Under the pieces are notes generated by a model. That model worked only from the letters and a program-made list of their open reading frames with translations. It was not told the origin of the DNA and searched no databases. A stretch of 47,887 nucleotides of DNA from Candidatus Adlerbacteria bacterium (GTDB lineage Bacteria > Patescibacteriota > Minisyncoccia > Phycocordibacterales > SBAW01), in the NCBI GenBank assembly GCA_903824155.1, contig CAIJVL010000035.1, positions 1 to 47,887 on the forward strand, given 5' to 3'. This document shows, one piece after another, positions 17,728 to 28,377 of the stretch (the stretch's first letter is position 1; the number at the start of each line of letters is the position of its first letter). The position numbers and the translations under genes were made by a program.

Positions 17728-18504
17728 TTATTTGGCGGCTGGTTTAACCACGCGCTTTTTGCCGAGCGTCTCGATAGCGGCAGCCGGGTCAACGATAACC
17801 AGGTACTTGGACGACATGATCGACACGGGGTTAAGATTGCGGACATCTACTACCTCGACATGGCCGATGTTGGCAAAGCTCTTTTGCGTTGCAGTGTGTG
17901 CGTTAGGGAGAGCGATAAGAGCAGCATTGTTCTTTTTATCATTATTGAAGCCGGCTTTAGAAAGGCCCGCGAGCATTGCCACCGCATCTTTGGTCTTGGG
18001 CTTCTCTACAGACATCGAGTCAACAAAGATGATTTCGTTGTCGGCAAGCTTGCGCGAGAGCACTACCAAAAGCGCCTTTTGGCGCGCCTGGCGGTTGATC
18101 TTTTGGCTGTAGTCCTTGTCGTTGCGAGGGCCGTGGGTAACACCGCCGCCCTTCCAGATAGGAGAGCGCGATGAGCCGTGGCGGGCGCGGCCGGTGCCCT
18201 TTTGCTGCCAAGGCTTGCGTCCGCCGCCGCGAACTTCGCCGCGGTCTTTAGTGTGCGCATTGCCCATGCGTGCGTTTGCCTGCATGCCGCTTACTACCAA
18301 GTGCACGAGGTCGGCATTCCAAGGCAAGTTAAAGATATTTTCGGGCAGAGTCATCTTGCCGGCTTCAGCTCCTTTCGTATTGAAAATAGTTACGTCCATC
18401 GAAGTAGCCTTGCGGGTACCGCGCGGGCGTACAGCCCTAACAACCTTTTCGGTTTTAACCTTAGGTGTCGTTGTTTTTTTAGTTGTTGTTGATTTTGTTG
18501 CCAT
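17728..18504 (-). CDS. rplD: 50S ribosomal protein L4
   Basis: TKDRGEVRGGGRKPWQQKGTGRARHGS. Confidence 0.98.
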   Translation of the reverse strand: MATKSTTTKKTTTPKVKTEKVVRAVRPRGTRKATSMDVTIFNTKGAEAGKMTLPENIFNLPWNADLVHLVVSGMQANARMGNAHTKDRGEVRGGGRKPWQQKGTGRARHGSSRSPIWKGGGVTHGPRNDKDYSQKINRQARQKALLVVLSRKLADNEIIFVDSMSVEKPKTKDAVAMLAGLSKAGFNNDKKNNAALIALPNAHTATQKSFANIGHVEVVDVRNLNPVSIMSSKYLVIVDPAAAIETLGKKRVVKPAAK

Positions 18505-18536
18505 ACATCTTTTTTATTGCACTCGTAAACTCGTGT

Positions 18537-19196
18537 CTACGATTTGAGCCCAACGCCTTTGATTTCAACCAAAGTGCCGCGGCGGCCGGGGACTGCGCCC
18601 GATATAACGATCTCGTTCGTCTCCGGGTGCACCTGCAAGACCTTGAGCCCGCGTACGGTGACGCGGTCCTGGCCCATGCGGCCGGCCATGCGCATACCCT
18701 TGGCAACGCGGCCGCCCGCGCGGCCACCCGAACCGCCGATAGAGCCCGGCGAACGCTCAGAGTGCTTTTGACCATGCGAGCGCGGACCGCCATGGAAGCC
18801 GTGGCGCTTGATAACGCCCTGAAAGCCGCGGCCTTTAGTGATAGCAGAAACCTCAACCTTGTCGCCTTCGGCAAAAGCCGACACGTCGACGGTTGCGCCT
18901 GCCTCAACTCCTTCGGGGAGCTTGCCATCGAACTGGCGCATTTCTTTAAAGTGCGCAAGCGCCTTGCCCACGCCTCCAGGCGTAATCTTAGAGACGTGGC
19001 CTATCTGCGGCTTGTTGACGCGCTCAGGCTTTTTCTCTATCGCTCCCAACTGGATGGCATTGTAGCCCTCTTTGTCGGCGGTCTTGATTTGGGTGATGGT
19101 GTTAGGGGCAGCAATAATGACCGTCGCAGCGTAAGCGCGGCCTTCCTCTGTGTAGAGGGTGGTCATTTTGCCCTTGAGTCCTAAGATAAATTTCAT
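18537..19196 (-). CDS. rplC: 50S ribosomal protein L3
   Basis: KGRGFQGVIKRHGF, PGSIG, MAGRMG, GAVPG; start MKFILG. Confidence 0.98.
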   Translation of the reverse strand: MKFILGLKGKMTTLYTEEGRAYAATVIIAAPNTITQIKTADKEGYNAIQLGAIEKKPERVNKPQIGHVSKITPGGVGKALAHFKEMRQFDGKLPEGVEAGATVDVSAFAEGDKVEVSAITKGRGFQGVIKRHGFHGGPRSHGQKHSERSPGSIGGSGGRAGGRVAKGMRMAGRMGQDRVTVRGLKVLQVHPETNEIVISGAVPGRRGTLVEIKGVGLKS

Positions 19197-19305
19197 GTTG
19201 GCTATAGAAAAATCCGCAATAGACAAGCGTCCTTGCGGATCGGCTAGTCCATTGGTCCGGGAAGCTGCTCCGGGACATAGATCTAACTCAAATAGAGTTA
19301 AGGGC

Positions 19306-19334
19306 AATATACAGTATGGGCGGAAATTAAGCAA
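19306..19334 (-). promoter_or_regulatory. Promoter re-starting the S10 segment at rplC
   Basis: Minus strand TTGCTT-N17-TATATT. Confidence 0.65.
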
Positions 19335-19371
19335 GAAAAAGGCCCACCATATAGGTCGGGCCTTTTACGCA

Positions 19372-19686
19372 CTACGCTTTTACCATCTCTGGAACTTTGC
19401 AGTCGATACCAAGCTCTTCGAGCTCGGAGCGCTGCGCAAATATCGAGTACAGGCGCTTGGCTTCAGGAAATTGAATCCCCTGGAAGTTAAAGGCGATGCC
19501 GCCAATGCGCTTGGTCTTCAATGTCAAAGCTTGATACTCTTTTTCGCAAGCATTGCGGATAAGGACCTCGCCTTCGACCATTTGCACATGCCGGTCAAAG
19601 TAGCAAAAGCCGATCTTTTCGCGGTCTTCGGCACGGCGGTCAAAATGCCGCTGCAACTCTTGTACCAACTCACCCATATCGCTCAT
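19372..19686 (-). CDS. Hypothetical protein (orphan cassette)
   Basis: GGGGAGG SD; hairpin at 19336-19366 downstream. Confidence 0.7.
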   Translation of the reverse strand: MSDMGELVQELQRHFDRRAEDREKIGFCYFDRHVQMVEGEVLIRNACEKEYQALTLKTKRIGGIAFNFQGIQFPEAKRLYSIFAQRSELEELGIDCKVPEMVKA

Positions 19687-19778
19687 GTAGTCCTCCCCTT
19701 TTCGTCTGCCTGCACACTACGCCGTTGTTGGAATTTTGGCAAGAAAAAAGCCCCGACCAACATGCAGGGGCTTTAGTC

Positions 19779-20183
19779 TCACCCTTCGATTTCGTTGACG
19801 TATCGAAACTCCTTGCGGGAGTATCTGTGGTACAGGAGACCGGTGATACTCATGGCGATGAGCGAGAGCGCTGTCCCAAAAACCGTCAAAGTCTCATGCG
19901 CGTGCATGCGCACCGAGTCTGACATAGCGATCGAGTTCCAGCCTAGAATCAGTGGGACAAAAAGCGACCCCAGAAGACAGGCGAACGAAATAATGAAGAG
20001 CCTGCCGCATCGTTTCTTTGCGCGGGTGAATATCGCCATGCCCGTATAGCGCACTTCGGCTTGCGGCGTCAGATGCCGCCATGTGCGGTAGTTGTAGTAC
20101 ACGATGCCGCCAACGAGTGCGATCACGGGGATGTTGAGCATCAACCCCAAAACAACAGAGCGGTCGAACAGCAAGTCCCACAT
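19779..20183 (-). CDS. Hypothetical three-TM membrane protein (orphan cassette)
   Basis: GGAGGGAAGGG upstream; three hydrophobic segments; hairpin at 19744-19774. Confidence 0.7.
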   Translation of the reverse strand: MWDLLFDRSVVLGLMLNIPVIALVGGIVYYNYRTWRHLTPQAEVRYTGMAIFTRAKKRCGRLFIISFACLLGSLFVPLILGWNSIAMSDSVRMHAHETLTVFGTALSLIAMSITGLLYHRYSRKEFRYVNEIEG

Positions 20184-20231
20184 ATCCCTTCCCTCCGGTT
20201 GAGTAGATCCAATCTGCCCCTACCCTACAAC

Positions 20232-20261
20232 AAAAAATCCCCTCTTGCGAGGGGATTTTTT
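20232..20261. terminator. Terminator after rpsJ
   Basis: aaaaaatcccctc-ttgc-gaggggatttttt. Confidence 0.85.
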
Positions 20262-20273
20262 GTTTGCTTTTGA

Positions 20274-20657
20274 TTACGCCATCTTTACGTCGATGGTGAC
20301 TCCTGAAGGGAGCGAGAGGTTTGTGAGAGCCTCTATCACCTTGGGAGACGGGTCGAGGATGTCGATGACGCGCTTGTGGATGCGCATCTCAAACTGCTCG
20401 CGTGCGTCTTTGTAGACGAAGGTCGAGCGGTTGACCGTGTACTTCTTTATTTCGGTCGGCAGCGGTATCGGGCCTGCAACCTTTGTATCATAGCGAAGTG
20501 CGGTGTCCAATATCTGCTTAACTGACGCATCAAGCACTTTGTGCTCATATGCCTTAACCTTGATGCGAAGGCGCGTTACCTCGGCAACGGCGGCCTTTTT
20601 AGCACGGGGCTTTGCAGCCTTTTTGGGAGCTGCGGTTTCTTCTTTAACGGTAGCCAT
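20274..20657 (-). CDS. rpsJ: 30S ribosomal protein S10
   Basis: [23 protein letters not shown]. Confidence 0.98.
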   Translation of the reverse strand: MATVKEETAAPKKAAKPRAKKAAVAEVTRLRIKVKAYEHKVLDASVKQILDTALRYDTKVAGPIPLPTEIKKYTVNRSTFVYKDAREQFEMRIHKRVIDILDPSPKVIEALTNLSLPSGVTIDVKMA

Positions 20658-20743
20658 AATTTTGTGTGAGTCTAGTTCTCCCCTAAGCCACGAATGGCCG
20701 GGGTAACCTATACCCGATTAGCTTACTCCTATTAATTAGTGAA

Positions 20744-21937
20744 TTACGCGATGATCTTGGTTACCACGCCGGCGCCTACGGTTTTGCCTCCTTCGCGAAC
20801 CGCGAAGCGGGTTTGAGCCTCGAGAGCCACCGGCGCTACGAGCTTTACCTTAAAGGTAACCGTGTCGCCCGGCATTACCATTTCCGTTCCTGTTGCGAGA
20901 GTTACTTCGCCGGTAACGTCAGTGGTGCGGACATAGAACTGCGGCTTGTAGCCGGTGAAGAAAGGCGTGTGGCGGCCACCCTCGTCCTTGGTCAAGATAT
21001 ATACCTCGGCCTCAAAGTCGGTGTGCGGGGTTACTGAACCCGGTTTTGCAAGCACCTGACCGCGGTGGATGTCCTCTTTGCGGGTACCGCGCAGAAGTAT
21101 ACCTGCGTTGTCGCCTGCCTGGCCTTGGTCAAGCTGCTTATTAAACATTTCGATACCGGTGATGGTGGTCTTGGTGGTTGGCTCCAAACCGACGATCTCG
21201 GCCTCTTCGCCAACCTTGATGACACCGCGCTCAATGCGTCCGGTCACTACCGTACCGCGACCTTCGATAGAGAAGATGTCCTCGATAGGCATAAGGAACG
21301 GCTTGTCCAGCTCGCGGACAGGGTCCGGGAAGTAGCTGTCCATGGTGTTAACGAGCTCCATGACCTTTTTGGACCATTCATCGTCGAGCGAAGTCGCTTC
21401 AAGAGCCTTGAGGCCTGAGCCGCGGATGATAGGAGCGTCTGCGTAACCCTGCTTTACAAGGAGTTCGCGTACTTCCTCTTCGACGAGGTCGATAAGGTCT
21501 TTGTCGTCTACCATGTCTACTTTGTTGAGGAAGACGATGAGCTTCGGTACGCCTACCTGCTTTGCCAAGAGCACGTGCTCGCGGGTCTGAGGCATAAGGC
21601 CGTCAGTTGCGGCAACCACCAATACTGCGCCGTCCATCTGGGCAGCACCGGTGATCATATTCTTGATGTAGTCGGCGTGGCCCGGAGCGTCGATGTGCGC
21701 GTAGTGGCGCTTAGGAGTCTCGTACTCGGAGTGGTGGAGCGCGATGGTAATACCGCGAGCCTTTTCCTCGGGAGCATTGTCGATACCGTCAACGGCCTCG
21801 ACGCGGGCGCTGTAGCCCTGAGCCTTTGCCATGTCCAAAGTATGGAGAATAGCCGCAGTGAGCGTGGTCTTGCCGTGGTCAACGTGGCCGATGGTGCCTA
21901 CGTTTACGTGAGGCTTTGTGCGATCAAAATTTGCCAT
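20744..21937 (-). CDS. tuf: Elongation factor Tu
   Basis: [33 protein letters not shown]. Confidence 0.99.
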   Translation of the reverse strand: MANFDRTKPHVNVGTIGHVDHGKTTLTAAILHTLDMAKAQGYSARVEAVDGIDNAPEEKARGITIALHHSEYETPKRHYAHIDAPGHADYIKNMITGAAQMDGAVLVVAATDGLMPQTREHVLLAKQVGVPKLIVFLNKVDMVDDKDLIDLVEEEVRELLVKQGYADAPIIRGSGLKALEATSLDDEWSKKVMELVNTMDSYFPDPVRELDKPFLMPIEDIFSIEGRGTVVTGRIERGVIKVGEEAEIVGLEPTTKTTITGIEMFNKQLDQGQAGDNAGILLRGTRKEDIHRGQVLAKPGSVTPHTDFEAEVYILTKDEGGRHTPFFTGYKPQFYVRTTDVTGEVTLATGTEMVMPGDTVTFKVKLVAPVALEAQTRFAVREGGKTVGAGVVTKIIA

Positions 21938-22041
21938 AAATAATATGAATCTAGTGAATAATACTAATTAATATGCCCCAACTAATCTACCTAGCACGCC
22001 AAACCCAAGCATAGGGAAAACCCTTCTGCTGTGTTAGTAGC

Positions 22042-22069
22042 ATAGTAGCAGAGGACCTAAAAAGTGCAA
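22042..22069 (-). promoter_or_regulatory. tuf promoter
   Basis: Minus strand TTGCAC-N16-TACTAT with TGc extension. Confidence 0.6.
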
Positions 22070-22080
22070 GCGATTGGGGC

Positions 22081-23118
22081 CTATAACCCGAGCATCGAGA
22101 GCGATGCGGTCAGCAAGCGGCCGTAGCCGTCGCCTATTTCGTTGATAGCTTCGATAACACTAGCCGAATTTGAGGTGTTGTTGTAGTAGGTGACCGGAGT
22201 CGTGGTAGGAGCGGGTGCTTTAGGAGGAGGCGGCAGCATAGGACCATGGTACTCGGTCGAAGAACCCATAGGCTCGCCTGTATGCGGCAGAGTGCTAGAG
22301 CCCATAGTTGTAGAACCTATACCCGGATGGAAATCGTCGTGACGGGGCGGCATAGGAAGAGTGGTGCTGCCCATCATGGTGCTAGAACCCATAGCCGGAT
22401 GAAAATCGTCGTGACGGGGCGGCATAGGAAGAGTGGTGCTGCCCATCATGGTGCTAGAACCCATACCGTCGCCCTCATTCCCTTTTAAGAGGCTGCTGTC
22501 ATGCGAGGTTGGGTTGCAGAGGCGGGCTATTGCGGCGCGGGTCAAGGGGCCTGCAAACGGTGCCGGCGATATACCCTGCTCTTGTTGAAATTTCTCCAAA
22601 AAGGCTTGTGTGGTCGAGCCAAAATGGCCGGTAACCACATCATCTTTGTTAAGGCCAAAGTGGTTGGCGATAAACTGCTGGAGCTGGCCTACGTCGCCGG
22701 TAGTAGTGCCCTCGCTGGTACCGCGGCCGATGGTGCGCGACAATTTAGGGCAAAATAGAACCGTTGAGCTGGCCGTACCAATAGTGGTAGAGCCGTTTGC
22801 CATGGGTACAGACATCATGCCAGGAGCTTGGTGATTGTCTTCGGCAAGTACTATCGTCGCAGTTTGTGCAACCATTTGATTAGAGGCCGATTGCTGAGCA
22901 AAAGCAACTTCCATATTGACGCCGGCAGCTGCAACGCCAAGCGTTGTGATCAAAGAAGAAACTACCAAGCCAAAGACGGCCAATGAGCCAATGACTATAT
23001 GCGTAATGTCTTGGGTCCAGACCTCGCTCTTAAAATTAGGCGTAATGTCCATGGTCATAAAATTGACCACGTGCGGCGTGATGTCCTTGGTCCAAATTGA
23101 TTCGCGGCTTTTTGTCAT
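22081..23118 (-). CDS. Membrane-anchored protein with peptidoglycan-binding-like domain and low-complexity repeats
   Basis: TM segment; GDVGQLQQFI...TGHFGSTTQAFLEKFQQEQGI...GPLTRAAI (PG_binding_1-like). Confidence 0.8.
   Translation of the reverse strand: MTKSRESIWTKDITPHVVNFMTMDITPNFKSEVWTQDITHIVIGSLAVFGLVVSSLITTLGVAAAGVNMEVAFAQQSASNQMVAQTATIVLAEDNHQAPGMMSVPMANGSTTIGTASSTVLFCPKLSRTIGRGTSEGTTTGDVGQLQQFIANHFGLNKDDVVTGHFGSTTQAFLEKFQQEQGISPAPFAGPLTRAAIARLCNPTSHDSSLLKGNEGDGMGSSTMMGSTTLPMPPRHDDFHPAMGSSTMMGSTTLPMPPRHDDFHPGIGSTTMGSSTLPHTGEPMGSSTEYHGPMLPPPPKAPAPTTTPVTYYNNTSNSASVIEAINEIGDGYGRLLTASLSMLGL
22323..22465. repeat. In-frame 72-bp tandem duplication (MGSSTMMGSTTLPMPPRHDDFHP)
   Basis: Two near-identical copies starting at 22323 and 22395. 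Confidence 0.95.
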
Positions 23119-23246
23119 ATTTTTAAAAGTGCAGCTACTAAATAAAACTAATAAATAAGAAGAGCACCCCAGCTTGCGCGGGGTGCCCTGTTGCTAACTA
23201 GTGTAGCGCGGCTTACAAACTCTGCAAGGAGTAGGCTGGGGATAAA

Positions 23247-23459
23247 CTACTGCTTCCAGATGCTGGCGGGCGCAGAAACGGCTGACTGGCTCTCATACGA
23301 CCGGGCATTAGCTATGGCCGCAGCTTCGGTCTTATTGCTAAACAAGGCCATATCCCCGCGTTTTTCAAACTCATTGGCTCCTTGCAGGATAAGAAAGGCG
23401 CCAGCATAAAAAACGGCAAAGATTGCGAGTACTGCAAATAATTTAAAGAAAGTGCGCAT
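23247..23459 (-). CDS. Small exported/membrane-anchored hypothetical protein
   Basis: N-terminal hydrophobic signal/TM segment. Confidence 0.65.
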   Translation of the reverse strand: MRTFFKLFAVLAIFAVFYAGAFLILQGANEFEKRGDMALFSNKTEAAAIANARSYESQSAVSAPASIWKQ

Positions 23460-23610
23460 AGCAGAGTAAGGAACAATCTGATAATCGGAACGCGGACGGA
23501 TCTAAAACAACCAGCACATACGAAAAGCGCGCCCAGCTTTCGCTGGGCGCCCTATGTACTTACTGTACTCTTCATCCGCAACAATACAACCGCGCGGCTG
23601 GGGATAAGAT

Positions 23611-23979
23611 TTATTCTTCTTTGCTCGGGATTCTATTTAGTCCGCCGTCTTTATCCATTTTAAATACTGCGCGTCCTGCTTCTATATCCTTTGTAAGTGA
23701 CGCCTGATCAATGGTTTCTTGCTTCTCTGATTGTGTTTCGTCTCCTAAAGAAACCTCGCGCTTTGCGTCTATATCGCTTTTAAGCGCCGTTTTATTAATA
23801 TCTTCGGGCCTCGCCACCAGCTTTTCGGTAGCTAAAGGAATACCAGGAGTCGCCATAACTTTACCAACCGGACTTGCGACGGCCATTGCCGCCCCCAATG
23901 CAACGCCAATATGCTTTGCAGCTTTCTTTGCATCTTGCTTTATATCTTCCTTGGACGGTATTTTTGGTGCTCCTTCCAT
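23611..23979 (-). CDS. Hypothetical protein
   Basis: 122-aa ORF, TATACT-N7-ATG upstream, one mildly hydrophobic helix. Confidence 0.65.
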   Translation of the reverse strand: MEGAPKIPSKEDIKQDAKKAAKHIGVALGAAMAVASPVGKVMATPGIPLATEKLVARPEDINKTALKSDIDAKREVSLGDETQSEKQETIDQASLTKDIEAGRAVFKMDKDGGLNRIPSKEE

Positions 23980-24066
23980 GACCTAAAGTATACACCCACC
24001 ACTTTGCAACTTCATCTTTGGTGTGCTTTTATGCTATCCAGACCGTTAACCATAGGGGATGTCAGC

Positions 24067-24480
24067 ATGAGAGCAAAACGACCGCGCAGCAAAAAACAGA
24101 AGATAAAAGACCGTCATGCTGCAATGGGAGATCTTCGTTCGCGAATAGCCGGAAGTGGGTATCATATTTTTGGCGTTGCTAAAATGCACAAAGGGTATGC
24201 GCTCGACTTTGTGGCAGTGTTAAAGGATAGGCCGGACCAATTTCTGCTGGTCTTGGGAAGCAAACATGGGCACGCGAAAGTAAGACCTTTTTGCGATCGG
24301 TCTTTATACCTTCCGGTGCAAAGAATCATAAAGGATGCCCGGACAAAAGCCGGCATCTACACACGGTGGAACGGACAGATCGGCTTCAGTCTTGGAGACA
24401 GGAAGTATTTGGCACTCAAGTACTTTTTAACACCCGACGGCCAAGACGAGTACACCAGGTTGACTGGCAAATCCCTCTAA
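24067..24480 (+). CDS. Hypothetical basic protein, possibly degenerate PD-(D/E)XK fold
   Basis: AGGGG SD before ATG 24067; GYHIF...DFVAV...FLLVLGSK. Confidence 0.6.
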   Translation: MRAKRPRSKKQKIKDRHAAMGDLRSRIAGSGYHIFGVAKMHKGYALDFVAVLKDRPDQFLLVLGSKHGHAKVRPFCDRSLYLPVQRIIKDARTKAGIYTRWNGQIGFSLGDRKYLALKYFLTPDGQDEYTRLTGKSL

Positions 24481-24502
24481 CTTTTGTAAGATGCCCAAAA
24501 TC

Positions 24503-24531
24503 AAAACCCCCGCTCATTTGAGCGGGGGTTT
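24503..24531. terminator. Bidirectional terminator after fusA
   Basis: aaaacccccgctca-tt-tgagcgggggttt. Confidence 0.85.
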
Positions 24532-24548
24532 ACTGTATTTATTTAATT

Positions 24549-26699
24549 TTATTTGCGGCTGGCGATGATGGTCGCTGCTACGTTTGGCGGGACCACTTCG
24601 TAGTGGTCGAACTCCATCGTAAAGGAGCCGCGGCCTTCGGTCATACTGCGCAGCTGGGTCGTATAGCCGAACATTTCAGAAAGCGGCACTTTTGCCTTGA
24701 TGGCACGCGCCAATCCGCGCTCTTCCATGCCTTCAATAGCGCCGCGCTTGCCGGAGAGTGAGCCTGTAATGTCACCCATGAACTTTTCGGGGACTACTAC
24801 CTCGACGCGCATTATTGGCTCAAGCAAAACTGCCTGTGCATGCCTTGCGGCTTCCTGGAAACCCATCGAAGCGGCGATTTTAAAGGCGATTTCCGATGAG
24901 TCCACATCGTGGTACGAGCCGTCGTACAGCTCAACCGAGATGTCTACCATCTTAAAGCCGGCAACAAAGCCGCGCTCCATAGCCTCGCGTACGCCCTTTT
25001 CAACCGGGCCGATAAACTCCTGCGGCACCACGCCGCCCTTGATGCTGTTGATGAACTCAAAATGGTCTTCGCGCGTAACGTTCTTAGATATTTTTTTGTC
25101 TGGGTCGAGCGGCGGCAGCGGCTTGATGCGCAGACGCACGTGGCCGTACTGGCCTTTGCCGCCGGTCTGCTTGATGTACTTGCCTTCCGCTTCAGCTTCT
25201 TTAAGAATTGTTTCGCGGTAGGCAACCTGCGGCTTGCCGACGTTTGCCTCGACGCCAAACTCGCGCTTCATGCGGTCAACTAAAATCTCGAGATGCAATT
25301 CACCCATGCCCGAGATAAGGGTCTCCATCGTTTCGGTGTCCGATGACACGCGGAAGGTTGGGTCCTCGTCGGCAAGTTTTTTCATCGCAATACCCATCTT
25401 TTCCTGGTCGGCTTTGGTCTTAGGCTCAATACGCAATGAGATAACCGGCTCGGGGAATTTAATCTGCTCGAGCTGGATAGGATTTGCCTCGTCGCAGAGC
25501 GTGTGGGAGGTGCGCGTATCCTTTAGGCCTACGGCTGCGGCGATCTCTCCGGCAAAAACTTTTTTAACCTCTTCGCGCTCGTTTGCCTGCAAGCGTACGA
25601 TGCGGCCGAGACGCTCTTTTTGTCCGGTGGTTGAGTTGTAAAGGTAAGATCCTGCTTCGACGGTACCCGAGTACACGCGAAAGAAGGTCAGCTGGCCCAC
25701 AAACGGGTCGGCCTGTAGTTTAAAGGCAAGTGCGCAAAAAGGCTCTTCATCGCTTGCATGGCGGATAACCTCCTCGCCTGTTTTAGGATTGACACCTTTG
25801 ACCGGCGGCATGTCGAGAGGCGACGGTAAATAGTCGACAACGGCGTCGAGTACAAGCTGCACGCCCTTGTTCTTAAGGGCCGAGCCGCAGTACACGGGGA
25901 AGATCTTGTTGTCGATAACGGCGCGGCGCAAAATCTCCTGCAATTTTTCAAACGAAGGTTCTTTGCCTTCGAGGTAATCGGTCATTGCGGCGTCATCGTG
26001 CTCAACGATCTTTTCGATAAGTTCGGCGCGGTATTTTTGCGCCTCCTCCATATACTCGGCAGGAACTTCCGCTTCAACAACGAGGTCGCCCATGTTTCCT
26101 TCAAAGGTGTACGACTTCATGCGGAGCAGGTCGACAACGCCGGCAAAGTTATCTTCGCCGCCCATCGGGATCTGCATGCGCACCGCGTACTTGGTAAGGC
26201 GGTCAAGGATAGATTGGTATGATTTTTCAAATGAGGCGCCGGTGCGGTCGAGCTTGTTGATAAAGCAGATGCGCGGCACGTTGGCCTCGTCGGCATAGCG
26301 CCAGTTGGTCTCCGACTGCGGCTCTACGCCGGCTACGCCGTCAAACACAACTACGGCGCCGTCGAGTACGCGCATCGAGCGCTTTACCTCTACGGTAAAG
26401 TCGATGTGTCCCGGGGTATCAATGATGTTAAAGCGGTATTTTTTAGCCGGGTCTTTTTTGTCGGGCTCATTGGTACGAGTCCAAAACGAGGTAATAGCGG
26501 CTGCGGTAATAGTGATGCCGCGCTCGCGCTCCTGCTCCATCCAGTCGGTGGTAGTCTCGCCTTCGTGCACTTCGCCGATTTTGTGCTGAGAACCGGTGTA
26601 ATACAAAATGCGCTCGCTGGTAGTGGTTTTACCGGCGTCAATGTGCGCGATGATTCCGAAGTTGCGGAGTTTTTCTAGTGGATAGTCTCGTTTTGGCAT
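24549..26699 (-). CDS. fusA: Elongation factor G
   Basis: [37 protein letters not shown]. Confidence 0.99.
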   Translation of the reverse strand: MPKRDYPLEKLRNFGIIAHIDAGKTTTSERILYYTGSQHKIGEVHEGETTTDWMEQERERGITITAAAITSFWTRTNEPDKKDPAKKYRFNIIDTPGHIDFTVEVKRSMRVLDGAVVVFDGVAGVEPQSETNWRYADEANVPRICFINKLDRTGASFEKSYQSILDRLTKYAVRMQIPMGGEDNFAGVVDLLRMKSYTFEGNMGDLVVEAEVPAEYMEEAQKYRAELIEKIVEHDDAAMTDYLEGKEPSFEKLQEILRRAVIDNKIFPVYCGSALKNKGVQLVLDAVVDYLPSPLDMPPVKGVNPKTGEEVIRHASDEEPFCALAFKLQADPFVGQLTFFRVYSGTVEAGSYLYNSTTGQKERLGRIVRLQANEREEVKKVFAGEIAAAVGLKDTRTSHTLCDEANPIQLEQIKFPEPVISLRIEPKTKADQEKMGIAMKKLADEDPTFRVSSDTETMETLISGMGELHLEILVDRMKREFGVEANVGKPQVAYRETILKEAEAEGKYIKQTGGKGQYGHVRLRIKPLPPLDPDKKISKNVTREDHFEFINSIKGGVVPQEFIGPVEKGVREAMERGFVAGFKMVDISVELYDGSYHDVDSSEIAFKIAASMGFQEAARHAQAVLLEPIMRVEVVVPEKFMGDITGSLSGKRGAIEGMEERGLARAIKAKVPLSEMFGYTTQLRSMTEGRGSFTMEFDHYEVVPPNVAATIIASRK

Positions 26700-26775
26700 A
26701 AATATGGATTAAAAATAGCGCCCAAGGCGTTATGCACACAATAGCGTAAAACAGAGAAAAAGCAAGAAAAAGCCT

Positions 26776-26955
26776 TTATATGCGGTTGGCCTCAAGATGC
26801 AAAAAGGTCGGGTACGTTTCAAAGCAGGCGGGGCTGTTGATGTTGACGGCGCAGACGCGCTCTTTAAAGATGATAAACCAGCCGAACGTGCCAACAAAAG
26901 CAAAAATAACAACAATAAAAATAGAAAGGGACGTTATTGCAAGCTTTTTATCCAT
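26776..26955 (-). CDS. 59-aa single-TM protein with a Cys pair (not in ORF track)
   Basis: MDKKLAITSLSIFIVVIFAFVGTFGWFIIFKERVCAVNINSPACFETY...; TGa-TAGAGT-N6-ATG upstream. Confidence 0.6.
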   Translation of the reverse strand: MDKKLAITSLSIFIVVIFAFVGTFGWFIIFKERVCAVNINSPACFETYPTFLHLEANRI

Positions 26956-27027
26956 CCATCAACTCTATCATAAAAAGAAAAAGCCGCGCGGAGTACCGCG
27001 CGGCCGATTGTTGTTTTTCTTAACCAC

Positions 27028-28377
27028 TTACTGCATGACCGCAAGAAGATCATCCATCACCTGTTCGATGAGCAGATGATTATCCCCTTCGACCATAAGC
27101 CGCAGCACCGGCTCGGTACCCGAATTGCGGACCAGAAGCCGGCCGCTTTGGCCAAGTTTTTGGATAGATTGCTGGATTACCGCCTGAACGAGAGGTTTTT
27201 TGAGAAGTATTTTTTTTGGATCAGGGACCTCGCGCTGTATTTGCGGCACCGGGTTAAACAGATGCAGCACCTCGCTTGCAGGACGTTTTTTCTTTTTAAG
27301 CACCGATACCACTTGCAGCGCGGCAATAAGGCCATCTCCGGTAGTCGAGAAATCAGAGCAGATAACGTGCCCCGATTGTTCGCCGCCCAGGTTATACCCC
27401 AGTTCCCGCATCTTTTCATTTACGTAGCGGTCGCCGACCTGAGTACGCTCAAAAGGAACCTTGAGCGTGTCCCTAACAAAGCGCTCAAATCCAAGATTGG
27501 ACATCACTGTTGCAACGATCCCCCCTTTAAGAAGACCAGTCTCTTGCCAAGAAGAGGCAATAAGGGCCAGCACTTGGTCCCCATCCACCACCTGACCCTT
27601 CTCATCGATGATGATGAGCCGGTCCGCATCGCCATCAAGCGCGATGCCGATGTCGGCTTCTTGATCAATGACCATTGCTGCTGTCTTGCGAGGATGCGTA
27701 GAGCCGCACTTGTCATTGATGTTCGTACCGTTAGGCTCAACACCAATGGCAACCACGTTCGCCCCCAGTTCCCTGAGCGTCCACGGAGCGACTTTGTGCG
27801 CCGCACCGTTTGCGCAGTCGATAACAATCTTGATCTTTTCAAAATTGTCGCCCTGCAGAAGCGTGCCCTTTACGGACTCGATGTACCTCTCTTCCACGCC
27901 GTCGATACGCTTGGCATGGCCGAGCTTCCCGGATTTGGCCTTGTACTGACTGGGATCCGCCAGGATAAGCTTCTCGATTTCCTGTTCGATTTCGTCCGGC
28001 AACTTATAGCCATCCGCTCCGAACAGTTTGATGCCGTTGTCTTCATACGGATTGTGCGAGGCTGTTATCATGACACCCATATCACAACGCATAGAGCGCG
28101 TGAGCTTGGCGATAGCCGGTGTTGGTAACGGACCGGTCAGGAATACGTCCATGCCAACCGACGTAAAACCGGCCACCATTGCGTACTCGATCATGTAGCC
28201 CGATTCGCGCGTATCCTTGCCGATGATCACCTGATGACGGTGTTCGCCGTTGTTGCGCATAAAGACATAGCCTGCCGCTTGCGCGACCTTGAGAGCCAAC
28301 TCGGGAGTGAGAAACTCGTTTGCCATGCCTCGGATACCGTCAGTACCGAAGTAATGGCGCTTTGTACCTTTTGACAT
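27028..28377 (-). CDS. glmM: Phosphoglucosamine mutase
   Basis: [36 protein letters not shown]. Confidence 0.96.
   Translation of the reverse strand: MSKGTKRHYFGTDGIRGMANEFLTPELALKVAQAAGYVFMRNNGEHRHQVIIGKDTRESGYMIEYAMVAGFTSVGMDVFLTGPLPTPAIAKLTRSMRCDMGVMITASHNPYEDNGIKLFGADGYKLPDEIEQEIEKLILADPSQYKAKSGKLGHAKRIDGVEERYIESVKGTLLQGDNFEKIKIVIDCANGAAHKVAPWTLRELGANVVAIGVEPNGTNINDKCGSTHPRKTAAMVIDQEADIGIALDGDADRLIIIDEKGQVVDGDQVLALIASSWQETGLLKGGIVATVMSNLGFERFVRDTLKVPFERTQVGDRYVNEKMRELGYNLGGEQSGHVICSDFSTTGDGLIAALQVVSVLKKKKRPASEVLHLFNPVPQIQREVPDPKKILLKKPLVQAVIQQSIQKLGQSGRLLVRNSGTEPVLRLMVEGDNHLLIEQVMDDLLAVMQ

Noticed and set aside
19372..20290. Possible duplication of the rpsJ 3' end in orphan 19372 (VKA* versus VKMA*)
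   Set aside because: Only a few nucleotides match and the hairpins differ; likely chance.
26730..26915. 61-aa ORF from the track
   Set aside because: An alternative frame (26776-26955) has an ATG, a -10 element and a clean TM helix, and leaves the fusA promoter free.
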